In this document: positions 24,483-32,000 of the stretch, piece by piece | Layout: each line of letters starts with the position of its first letter | Position numbering within the stretch: the first letter of the stretch is position 1 | Assembly: GCF_002214165.1 (NCBI RefSeq) | Contig: NZ_CP019964.1 | Location: forward strand, 270,001 to 302,000 | Length of the DNA: 32,000 nucleotides | Origin: Candidatus Saccharimonadota bacterium | Lineage (GTDB): Archaea > Micrarchaeota > Micrarchaeia > Micrarchaeales > Micrarchaeaceae | Direction of reading: 5' to 3' | Notes under the pieces: generated by a model | Seen by the model: the letters and a program-made list of their open reading frames with translations, nothing else | The model's database searches: none | What the model was told of the DNA's origin: nothing | Program-made: the position numbers and the translations under genes

Positions 24483-25847
24483 TCATGGAAGCAACGAGAC
24501 ATATTTCAGGGAATCCGTGCTTCCCTTCTTCCTCGGGCTTCCGTACACTACCAAATACTCGTATATTTTAAGCTTCAATGCAAGCTCCTTTATGTTTTCA
24601 AGCATCTCGTCCGTGCTGCTGTAATTTTTTATGTCCATAGCCCTTACGCCCTTGAACAATGCCAGTTTGCTTCTTACATTTGGATTTTCTGACAATGCGA
24701 TTATATCGCTGCTTGGCCTGAACTGCGAAAGCCTTATCGCGCTCGCTCCGGATTCCGTAGGCACAAAGATGCACTTTATGTCATGCTTCTCCGAAAGGTC
24801 TTTTGCCGCATGCGCTATATAGCTGTATATCCCATCGACGCTCCTTGGATAGCTCTGCTGCGCTTCCTTTTCCGCATTGTGTATCACCCTGCTCATAGTT
24901 TCGATGCTCTCTATTGGATAGCTTCCTACGGCGGTTTCATCGCTCAGCATCACGCAGTCTGCATCCTCGAATACCGAATTAGCAACGTCATTGACCTCCG
25001 CCCTTGTGGGCATCGGATTGTTTACCATGCTCATGAGCATCTGTGTCGCAACAATGACAGGCTTGCCCGCTTCCCTTGACGCTTTTATTATCTTCTTCTG
25101 CGCTATTGGTATTGATTCAACAGGGATGTCGAAGGCAAGATCCCCTCTTGCCACCATGATCCCATCAGATTCCTCCGCAATTGCCTTTATGTTGTCAAGG
25201 GCGTGCCTCCTCTCTATCTTTGATATTACGAATATATCATTCCCTACCTTTTCCCTAAGGCGCTTGATGTCCTCGTCGGACTTTACAAATGAAAGCGCGA
25301 TGAAATCGAATTTGTCCTTCGCAAACTTTGCGAATTTTATATCCTCTTCGGTAGGTGTCTGCTCCGTTATGTCGGCTCCTATTAGATTCAGCCCTTTCCT
25401 GCTGCTTATGATGCCATCGTTTATGGCTTTGGCAAACACGATACCATCTTTTATTCCTTCGACTTTCATCTTCAGGTAGCCATCGCCTATGGAGAGGTGC
25501 ATCCCATTCCTGCAGTCATCGCTTATGTACCTGTAGGATACAGGTATGACTCCTTTCTCAAGCTTGTTCCCTTCATAAAACAGTTTTAGCAAATCTCCCT
25601 TCTTAACTATTATAGGATCTTTTATTTTCCCAAGCCTTATCTTTGGCCCCGGAAGGTCAGCAAGCAATGATATCTCTTTGCCTGCAAGCTTTTCAGCTGC
25701 TTTTATATGGGCTATGTATTGCTCTGCCTGTTCTTCATTTGTATGCGAGAAATTTATCCTTATTATGTCCGTGTATTTTATTATTTTTGCTAATTTAGAT
25801 TTCTCTTCTATTGCAGGCCCAAAAGTCGCCAATATTTTAGTCTTCAT
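24483..25847 (-). CDS. pyk: Pyruvate kinase
   Basis: MKTKILATFGPA, IRINFSH, LADLPGPKIRLG, MVARGDLAFDIP and IVATQMLMSM are all canonical PK motifs. Confidence 0.9.
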   Translation of the reverse strand: MKTKILATFGPAIEEKSKLAKIIKYTDIIRINFSHTNEEQAEQYIAHIKAAEKLAGKEISLLADLPGPKIRLGKIKDPIIVKKGDLLKLFYEGNKLEKGVIPVSYRYISDDCRNGMHLSIGDGYLKMKVEGIKDGIVFAKAINDGIISSRKGLNLIGADITEQTPTEEDIKFAKFAKDKFDFIALSFVKSDEDIKRLREKVGNDIFVISKIERRHALDNIKAIAEESDGIMVARGDLAFDIPVESIPIAQKKIIKASREAGKPVIVATQMLMSMVNNPMPTRAEVNDVANSVFEDADCVMLSDETAVGSYPIESIETMSRVIHNAEKEAQQSYPRSVDGIYSYIAHAAKDLSEKHDIKCIFVPTESGASAIRLSQFRPSSDIIALSENPNVRSKLALFKGVRAMDIKNYSSTDEMLENIKELALKLKIYEYLVVYGSPRKKGSTDSLKYVSLLP

Positions 25848-25878
25848 CAGATCGCCTTAGAACATAATGATTTAAAAT

Positions 25879-26472
25879 TCAAAGTTTTGACTGGCTTTTC
25901 AAGGAATCCAAAACCTCCTTAATCTTCACCATGTCGGGCTTCCAATCGTAGTCCTTGTTCCTTAAAAGATAAGAAGGATGGAAGTATATTATTACAGGTA
26001 TGCCATTGTATTCAAATCTAATGCCCTCTTTGATTGTGGATGTTATAGTCCTTCCAGAATTTGTCAGCGTCTTGTAAGCAACATCTCCAAGGCACAGTAT
26101 AGCTTTTGGCTTTAAGGCCTTTATCTCTTTTTCAAGTATGGGCCTCCAATAAGCAATTTCCTCTTCGGTGGGCTTTCGGTTATACTGCGTCTTTGCATCT
26201 ACGGGATGGCTCTTAACGACATTGGTTATAACGTAATCCTTTACTTGAAGGACCTGCAGCCATTTGTCGAGCAGCTTTCCGCTCCTCCCTACAAAAGGCT
26301 TTCCTATCCTTACCTCCTCATATCCTGGAGCCTCGCCTATAATAAGAAGACTAAGTTTTTCGCCTTTTTCCATAAACAAATCGCTGACCCTTTCAAATAC
26401 TACCGCATCCCCAAATTTTTTCATGCTGTTAACCTGGGAAGCCAACGATTCCAAAGTTTTGTCAATCTTCAT
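25879..26472 (-). CDS. udg: Uracil-DNA glycosylase, family 4-like, without the usual Fe-S cysteines
   Basis: Motif A is LLIIGEAPGYEE, then PFVGRSGKLL, and motif B is YFHPSYLLR. The protein has only one Cys (ILCLGD). Confidence 0.8.
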   Translation of the reverse strand: MKIDKTLESLASQVNSMKKFGDAVVFERVSDLFMEKGEKLSLLIIGEAPGYEEVRIGKPFVGRSGKLLDKWLQVLQVKDYVITNVVKSHPVDAKTQYNRKPTEEEIAYWRPILEKEIKALKPKAILCLGDVAYKTLTNSGRTITSTIKEGIRFEYNGIPVIIYFHPSYLLRNKDYDWKPDMVKIKEVLDSLKSQSKL

Positions 26473-26618
26473 AGGGCTGCCTCAAAGCAAAATCATAAGT
26501 TTAGTCTAATAAGAAAACTTATAATTATATAACTTTGCAAATATATAATTAGATGTGGCAATAAAAAGCCATTTTAATATTAAATAAAGTGCTTTGCAAA
26601 AGCAATATATTGGATAGG

Positions 26619-27986
26619 ATGTATAAAATGCAGTACCAACCAGGGGGAGGAGATAGTACAGGCCCAAATTACAATCCTTATACCCCGGTAGACCAAAATG
26701 GCGGGGGCGGGGCTTATTCTCCAGAAAATATCTACGGCCAAACCAACCCTTCTGGCCAAGGCCAGAACAACAACCAAAATTCGCCTTATGGAGGCATACA
26801 GCCAAAGAGGCATACAAGGAGGTCCCCATTGACAATACCGTTTGTGATAATCGCTATTGTAATACTAATCATAGTTGCTTATAGGTTCATACCTTCACAT
26901 CCGATAAGCGTAAGCAATGCATTGCCACCAGCTACGAATCCGGTCATAAGCTCGGTTTACCATAAAAGCAACATCGAACTGTTCTCAGTTTTAGGCACTT
27001 CAATAAACAGAACCGATTCATTGCAGGACGTAAATGTGACCTATTCAGGGAAGTTCTCCGAAGATTACAGCTACTCGAACAAAACCTTTAACGTTTCTGT
27101 ACCTTTTACGCTTATATATGAGAAGCTTGATTCAAACAGCAAGCTTTATGTCAGGACATCAGGTAATTCCGAATATGGAGACATAGGACTTATGATGATT
27201 AAATTGAATTCAAGCAACTATAGCTGCTTTGAGTTTCTTTCTAATAAGTATTCGTGTGAAAAAACAAGCAACACAATAGGTCCGTCGGACCTGAATTCGG
27301 TATCGCCAAATTCAAATTCCTCCGTATTCGAGAGCATCCTGAAATTATCAGGAACAAGAAATTCAACGTACACTGGCCAGAAATGCTATTACTTATATGG
27401 GTCTGGAAATGTGCCTCTGGATTCGGGCAGCACCAAAGTAAATTACACATCGGGTTCCTGCCTTCCTTTCTATAATTCTTCATTGCCATTGAACCTCACA
27501 CTCAATTATGACATATTGAACCAATCCGAAGATTCTAATACAAAAGTTTCATTTTCAATAAATGAAGTGGCTTATAACAGCAAGCCCAGTTATAGCTTCA
27601 TATCAGGATTCCCTGCAAATGTAACCTCCCCGAGCAAGGTGGTTGTGAACTCAACACCTCCAAGGAAGAACAGTACCGGAATACACATATATAACTGCTC
27701 GAATCTAACCATTACCACAAGCATTACATCTGCAAACATAACAAGAGAGTGCACATTTGATGGTGGGTTCATGAACTTCACATATGGTGGAGGGAATAGC
27801 GGTTATGCAGAGCTTAACGTGAGCAGCCTTAACGGCTATCTATATTACAGCGGATATACAACAAACACCTGCCCAAGATACGTGCGCAGCGTCTTCATGC
27901 CCGAAGGATTGCATTACTACCTGATCAATTTCTTCACCGGAAATGAGAGCGGTAACTGTGGCAATGCAACATTGTACATAAATTGA
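26619..27986 (+). CDS. Type II (N-in) membrane glycoprotein: Q/N/G/P-rich cytoplasmic tail, one TM helix, sequon-dense ectodomain
   Basis: MYKMQYQPGGGDSTGPNYNPYTPVDQNGGGG...KRHTRRSPLTIPFVIIAIVILIIVAYRFI. I count 22 N-x-S/T sequons in the ectodomain. ATG 26619 is preferred over GTG 26589. Confidence 0.6.
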   Translation: MYKMQYQPGGGDSTGPNYNPYTPVDQNGGGGAYSPENIYGQTNPSGQGQNNNQNSPYGGIQPKRHTRRSPLTIPFVIIAIVILIIVAYRFIPSHPISVSNALPPATNPVISSVYHKSNIELFSVLGTSINRTDSLQDVNVTYSGKFSEDYSYSNKTFNVSVPFTLIYEKLDSNSKLYVRTSGNSEYGDIGLMMIKLNSSNYSCFEFLSNKYSCEKTSNTIGPSDLNSVSPNSNSSVFESILKLSGTRNSTYTGQKCYYLYGSGNVPLDSGSTKVNYTSGSCLPFYNSSLPLNLTLNYDILNQSEDSNTKVSFSINEVAYNSKPSYSFISGFPANVTSPSKVVVNSTPPRKNSTGIHIYNCSNLTITTSITSANITRECTFDGGFMNFTYGGGNSGYAELNVSSLNGYLYYSGYTTNTCPRYVRSVFMPEGLHYYLINFFTGNESGNCGNATLYIN

Positions 27987-28006
27987 TCTCAAATAGGTTT
28001 TTGCTT

Positions 28007-28612
28007 ATGTATACACATAAAGATAGCAAGGCAAGCAAACTGGCAGAGCATGGCCAGAATGCAATATCTATTGAGGAATCTGAAAGCAGATATTGGCAGA
28101 GCAGGTCATTGAAATTCCTAAAAATAATGGACGAGCTTGGAATACAATGCGGAAAGCTTAGAGTCATATATTCAGACATTCCAGAAATCGGCTATAACAA
28201 ATCCGAAGATTCAATATATATAGATGGGAAATTCCTCAATGCAATAATCTTTTCATATGCTGTAGGATACAAAAAAGGCATTATAGCGCTCATGAATCAC
28301 GAGATAGGGCACAGGCACGATTTTATAAATGGACGTGATACAAGCGAGATGTCTGCGGAGCTTAATTCAATAAATTCGTTAGGCTCTCATCCAGAAGACG
28401 GGTTATCACAGCAGATTTCCATATCAATGTTTGCATCGGCCCGAAGCAACTTTGTCAAAGCAGAGAAAGAGAGGAATAAGAGGATAAATATTTACGGATT
28501 AGAAAGTTTTCTTGGTGAAGAAGCCACAAAGCGCATAGAGTACAAGGCTATGAGGTACTACAAGTTGCTTGTTAATTACAGAAATTCAGCCAACAGGTTG
28601 GAACGTAAATAA
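28007..28612 (+). CDS. Small HExxH-motif protein (putative metallopeptidase)
   Basis: ALMNHEIGHRHDF is the motif. The frame opens at TTG 27983, which overlaps the upstream stop (TTGA). ATG 28007 is the alternative start. Confidence 0.5.
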   Translation: MYTHKDSKASKLAEHGQNAISIEESESRYWQSRSLKFLKIMDELGIQCGKLRVIYSDIPEIGYNKSEDSIYIDGKFLNAIIFSYAVGYKKGIIALMNHEIGHRHDFINGRDTSEMSAELNSINSLGSHPEDGLSQQISISMFASARSNFVKAEKERNKRINIYGLESFLGEEATKRIEYKAMRYYKLLVNYRNSANRLERK

Positions 28613-28641
28613 TAGCCAATAAACGTATTCTCATGTTAAAC

Positions 28642-28650
28642 TTTTTAAAA
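28642..28650 (+). promoter_or_regulatory. TATA-box candidate for hmgA (leaderless arrangement)
   Basis: TTTTTAAAA is centred about 24 nt upstream of ATG 28670. There is no SD motif in between. Confidence 0.35.
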
Positions 28651-28669
28651 GTGGCAGGGAATTCTAACC

Positions 28670-29920
28670 ATGCGGGATTCATATAAATACCAAGAGCTAT
28701 TCAAAAAGCTTGACAATGGAGATGTAAAGCTATACAACATAGAAGCGGATCTTGGTGTTGACTCAAACGAGGCAACCTTGATAAGGGCATCTTATCTAGA
28801 GAGTAAATTTCATGCAAGCTTGGATCATATAAAGAATCCAAATGTGGACTTCTCCAAGGCTATAAATTCAAACATAGAAAACAGCGTAGGTGCAATAACC
28901 TTGCCATTGGGGTATGCGGGTGCGATTAAGGTATCAGGATTATACGCATCTGGGGAATATCCAATACTGATAGCCACTACCGAAGGCAAGCTTGTAGCGG
29001 GATTGTCAAGAGGCATAAGCACAATAAGCAAATCTGGGGGTGTTTCAACGAGAGTGCTTTCGGACGGGATGGCAAGGGATGTTATGGTATCAACGGAAAG
29101 TGTAAATGATGCCTTTGAGATATACCAATTTGTGAACAGCAGAGAGGGAATTGATTTCTTAAAATCAAAATTCAAGGAGAAGACTGCCCATGGGGATCTG
29201 CTGTCAGTAAAATGCTACCAGATTGGAAAAATACTACACATAAGGTTCAAGGCTTTTACAGGAGCTGCCATGGGGATGAACATGGTAACGATAGCGGCAG
29301 AATATTCATCAGAGCAGCTGCTTTCGATGTTTGAAGGAAAGGGAATAAAAGCAAAAATTTTAAGCGAATCGGGGAACATGTGCACGGACAAGAAGCCCTC
29401 AGCAATAGATTTTATAGAAGGAAGGGGAGTATCGGTGACTGCAGAAGCCGTAATAAAAAAGGAGCTGCTTGAGAAGGCAAGGTCAAGTGCCCGCGATGTT
29501 GAAAGGCTGAACAGGCTTAAAAGCTTGGAAGGATCAGCCATGGCAGGGTCAAGCGGATTCAACGCCCAAGTTGCAAACATACTTGCAGGGATGTATGCGG
29601 CATATGGCCAGGATATAGCCCAGATAGTGGAGGGGTCACAGTCAATTGTTGAAGCCGAAGAGTCCAACGGCGACCTATACATATCAATATTGCTGCCATC
29701 TTTGGAAGTTGGTACTTACGGAGGAGGTACAAGGCTGGATGCACAGAAAGAAGCCCTTAAACTACTTGGCTTATATGGAGAAGGTGACTTGACAGGTTCC
29801 AGCAGGCTTGCTTTTGCTGAAATTGTAGCATCCGTTGCCCTTGCCGGAGAACTTAATCTCCTTATTATAGAGTCGTCGCATGAATTGTCAAAGAGCCATG
29901 GAGAGCTGAATAGAAAATAA
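28670..29920 (+). CDS. hmgA: HMG-CoA reductase, class I type (soluble archaeal form)
   Basis: ENSVGAITLPLGYAG, TTEGKLVA, GAAMGMNM, NMCTDKKPSAIDFIEGRG (class I catalytic Lys region), YGQDIAQ (catalytic Asp), GTYGGGT, and SKSH near the C-terminus (catalytic His). Confidence 0.85.
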   Translation: MRDSYKYQELFKKLDNGDVKLYNIEADLGVDSNEATLIRASYLESKFHASLDHIKNPNVDFSKAINSNIENSVGAITLPLGYAGAIKVSGLYASGEYPILIATTEGKLVAGLSRGISTISKSGGVSTRVLSDGMARDVMVSTESVNDAFEIYQFVNSREGIDFLKSKFKEKTAHGDLLSVKCYQIGKILHIRFKAFTGAAMGMNMVTIAAEYSSEQLLSMFEGKGIKAKILSESGNMCTDKKPSAIDFIEGRGVSVTAEAVIKKELLEKARSSARDVERLNRLKSLEGSAMAGSSGFNAQVANILAGMYAAYGQDIAQIVEGSQSIVEAEESNGDLYISILLPSLEVGTYGGGTRLDAQKEALKLLGLYGEGDLTGSSRLAFAEIVASVALAGELNLLIIESSHELSKSHGELNRK

Positions 29921-30077
29921 AACCTAAATAAAGTAAAATGAACGTTAATCACAAAATATATGTTCAATCTTAAATTCAAGCAGTCAAAATAAGAAAATAT
30001 TTACAGCAAGCGGCAGCCAGCCAAAAAGCAAAACATTAAATATTGTAAAAGCAATATAATAATGAAAAGGTGCTAAA

Positions 30078-32000
30078 TTGGGTAACAAAAGGTCTATAAA
30101 GACAAAAAGTTCCAAAACAAAGCATTCTCATAAAAAGAATGCCCAATCGGCTTTGGAATATTTAGTAACTTACGGCTGGGCTATATTGATAATTGCAGTA
30201 GTAATCTCACTTCTATACTTTTTCGTTGCAGTCCCATCTAACGTAGTGCCTAACAGCTGCTCATTTGTTACAGGAGCAAACTGCGAGGACATGGAGCTCG
30301 GGTCAAATTCAATATCCCACACGTCAACAATATCATTGCTTATAACGAACAGCAAAGATTATGCGATAAAAGATCCTTCTATAACTGTTGAATATAATAA
30401 GGTAAATGTTACCCATTCATGCTACCCTAGTTATGTGCTTCCTGGAGGATCCATAATATGTGTCGCAAATATGTCAACGTACTTGCCAACAAATACATAT
30501 ACATATGGTAATCTTTATTTAAACTCTGAAGACTGCGGTTCATCCAATTCTTCCTCGTGCGCAAATGCGCCGAAGCAGATTTATGCAGGGAAGTTCAATA
30601 CCCATGTCGCATTGGTGGTAAAGCCTTCATTGACAATTTCACTTAATGCATCAAGTGGTCACAACGGAAGATGGCCTGCTGATAATTATCCTGACGAACT
30701 GACCGCAAATGTCATATTCCTCGGATATCCTCTTGCAGGATCAACTGTGAATTTCACAGAGGTTCCAGATGAGGAAACATTGTTCCCTACTTATGCATCT
30801 ACCTCGTCGCAGGGAATCGCACACTCATTTGTATATGGAACAACTATTGGCAACATAAAAGTGAATGCGACTTTTGGAAATTACACAAGCCATTACGTAT
30901 ACATAAACTTTTCACCTGTAACCCAGTACCACTTGATATTCAATGTCCCTTATGGTAAGGTTACCATAACAACTCCAATCAACAGCACCACATTCACAAA
31001 GAATGCAACTGGGACCACAATATGCAATTCCGAACTTAACTACTCAACGCCATCACAGGTTACACTGGTATCAAACGAGGCATACGAGAACTTCACATAT
31101 GCGGAATCAAACGGCGTAAAGTACTACAATTCGACAGGATCAATACCAATATACTGCAATTCAACGACAGTTTCATTCAATTACACAACTTACTACAAGC
31201 TAAATGAAAATGTCAATCCATCATATTCTTCAGGTGTTGTATCATCGTCCCCATTATCCTCGAACGGGTATTACAAGAAGGATTCATCATTGCAGCTTTC
31301 CGCGAAATCCTCCAATCCAAAAGAATGGGTTTTCGCAAACTGGACATGTGCTGCATCCACATCAATAGGAAGCACATGTTATTCTGGAAACAGCCAATCC
31401 CCAACAATTATAATGTCTAATCCAGTAAATGAGACAGCAAATTTTGACCCTATGCTTTCATTGAGAGTAATCCCAGGAGGCGATGGGACAATAACCGCCT
31501 CATCACCTTCAGGAGCTTCAACAAGTTCATCAACATTCACCAGCTATCCAGAACCCTATGGTTCAAAGATAACATTGGGAGAATCTCCAGCAAACTCAAC
31601 TTTCAGGTTTTATAAATATGTAGGTTTAGGTACAGGAAACTACACAGGAAATAGCACATCGCCCACGATAACGTTTGACAATCCAATAAATGAAACAGCT
31701 GAATACGATGTATATTTAAATGAACTTGCATCGCCTTCAAGTGCAGATGCATCTCTTTCACCTGGCAGCGGCTGGTACTTCCCGAATTCAACAATTACTT
31801 TATCTGAAGTTAACAACACCGGCTACAGGTTTGCAGGATGGACAGGATATGAGAACAATGCATCCTCATCATTTACAATGACAGTTCCAAATACAGACTT
31901 CACGGAGCAGGCCAACTACGATGTATACCTTACAGAGCTCTCATCACCTTCAGCAGCTGCAAAGACACTTTTACCTGGAACTAACTGGTACATTCCGGGA
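30078..32000 (+). CDS. Large surface glycoprotein with a class III (type IV prepilin-like) signal peptide and C-terminal tandem ~71-88-aa repeat modules; partial (continues past the window end)
   Basis: Absent from the ORF track (no stop in the window). TTG 30078 is preceded by an AAGGTG SD and the frame is open for 641 codons. The N-terminus is MGNKRSIKTKSSKTKHSHKKNAQSALEYLVTYGWAILIIAVVISLLYFFV. About 24 N-x-S/T sequons. Repeats end in ..NP(V/I)NETA(N/E)(F/Y)D..(L) / ..EQANYDVYL and contain (Y/W)(R/V)FAxWTG-type cores. Confidence 0.7.
   Translation, partial: MGNKRSIKTKSSKTKHSHKKNAQSALEYLVTYGWAILIIAVVISLLYFFVAVPSNVVPNSCSFVTGANCEDMELGSNSISHTSTISLLITNSKDYAIKDPSITVEYNKVNVTHSCYPSYVLPGGSIICVANMSTYLPTNTYTYGNLYLNSEDCGSSNSSSCANAPKQIYAGKFNTHVALVVKPSLTISLNASSGHNGRWPADNYPDELTANVIFLGYPLAGSTVNFTEVPDEETLFPTYASTSSQGIAHSFVYGTTIGNIKVNATFGNYTSHYVYINFSPVTQYHLIFNVPYGKVTITTPINSTTFTKNATGTTICNSELNYSTPSQVTLVSNEAYENFTYAESNGVKYYNSTGSIPIYCNSTTVSFNYTTYYKLNENVNPSYSSGVVSSSPLSSNGYYKKDSSLQLSAKSSNPKEWVFANWTCAASTSIGSTCYSGNSQSPTIIMSNPVNETANFDPMLSLRVIPGGDGTITASSPSGASTSSSTFTSYPEPYGSKITLGESPANSTFRFYKYVGLGTGNYTGNSTSPTITFDNPINETAEYDVYLNELASPSSADASLSPGSGWYFPNSTITLSEVNNTGYRFAGWTGYENNASSSFTMTVPNTDFTEQANYDVYLTELSSPSAAAKTLLPGTNWYIPG

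Noticed and set aside
24991-25479. 162-aa plus-strand ORF inside pyk. Similar long antisense ORFs occur inside the radical-SAM gene (13589..14146), hmgA (29215..29682), asnS (18784..19197), the flippase gene (22929..23360) and tnpB (10157..10602).
   Set aside because: These are shadow ORFs antisense to well-supported genes. Their products are Ser/Leu/Phe-rich low-complexity strings with no motifs.
26534-26600. The palindromic 8-mer TTTGCAAA (within CTTTGCAAA) occurs twice, 59 bp apart, between udg and the membrane-glycoprotein gene
   Set aside because: It is a short AT-rich palindrome with only two copies, and the second copy lies in the possible GTG-extended 5' end of the ORF. It cannot be distinguished from chance by eye.
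30315-30323. TCCCACACG, identical to the 5' arm of the IS left-end hairpin
   Set aside because: No complementary GTGGG arm follows. It lies in frame inside the pilin-like gene (..SISHTST..) and is a chance match.

Overview
AT-rich archaeal chromosomal segment. Supporting signs: TATA-like boxes about 25 nt upstream of many start codons (leaderless-type genes), GGTG Shine-Dalgarno motifs on a few others, a tRNA with a bulge-helix-bulge intron, a QSALEYL-type class III (prepilin-like) signal peptide, archaeal-type Cmk, and TrmB. By inference it looks like a Thermoplasmata-type, wall-less euryarchaeon, but I cannot name the organism. About 30 genes are supportable.

Core genes:
- a divergent enolase-superfamily dehydratase / DHDPS-family aldolase pair (non-phosphorylative Entner-Doudoroff type)
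- cyclase/kynurenine formamidase-like protein, GH15 glucoamylase/trehalase, a DPPN-motif methyltransferase, HIT and CYTH proteins
- a fused YeeE/YedE membrane protein, TrmB, a HemN-like radical SAM enzyme, Cmk, AsnRS, an HTH-CBS regulator
- DUF98-like and DUF4932-like proteins, tRNA-Thr(UGU) with intron, Wzx-like flippase, pyruvate kinase, a family-4-like UDG
- two sequon-dense surface glycoproteins, a small HExxH protein, and class I-type HMG-CoA reductase

The accessory content is the most interesting part:
1. Two IS200/IS605-family TnpB-only elements share a covarying bulged terminal hairpin. One is intact and splits a small ORF. The other is a 614-bp in-frame internal-deletion miniature that keeps both ends and the RE-proximal, omega-RNA-like region.
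2. An AbiEi/AbiEii (type IV toxin-antitoxin / abortive infection) pair has an intact antitoxin, but the toxin carries a single in-frame TAA at the E of the RFSEDLDF nucleotidyltransferase motif.
3. An AT-rich island (about 7.4-12.6 kb) also holds an ABC-ATPase remnant and an orphan two-gene cassette whose larger product ends with an Rx4H (HEPN-like) motif.

Two genes missing from the ORF track because they run off the window edges were recovered by hand: 1..234 (-) and 30078..32000 (+). No CRISPR array, rRNA or tnpA was found. All family assignments come from motif recognition by eye. No database search or folding was possible.
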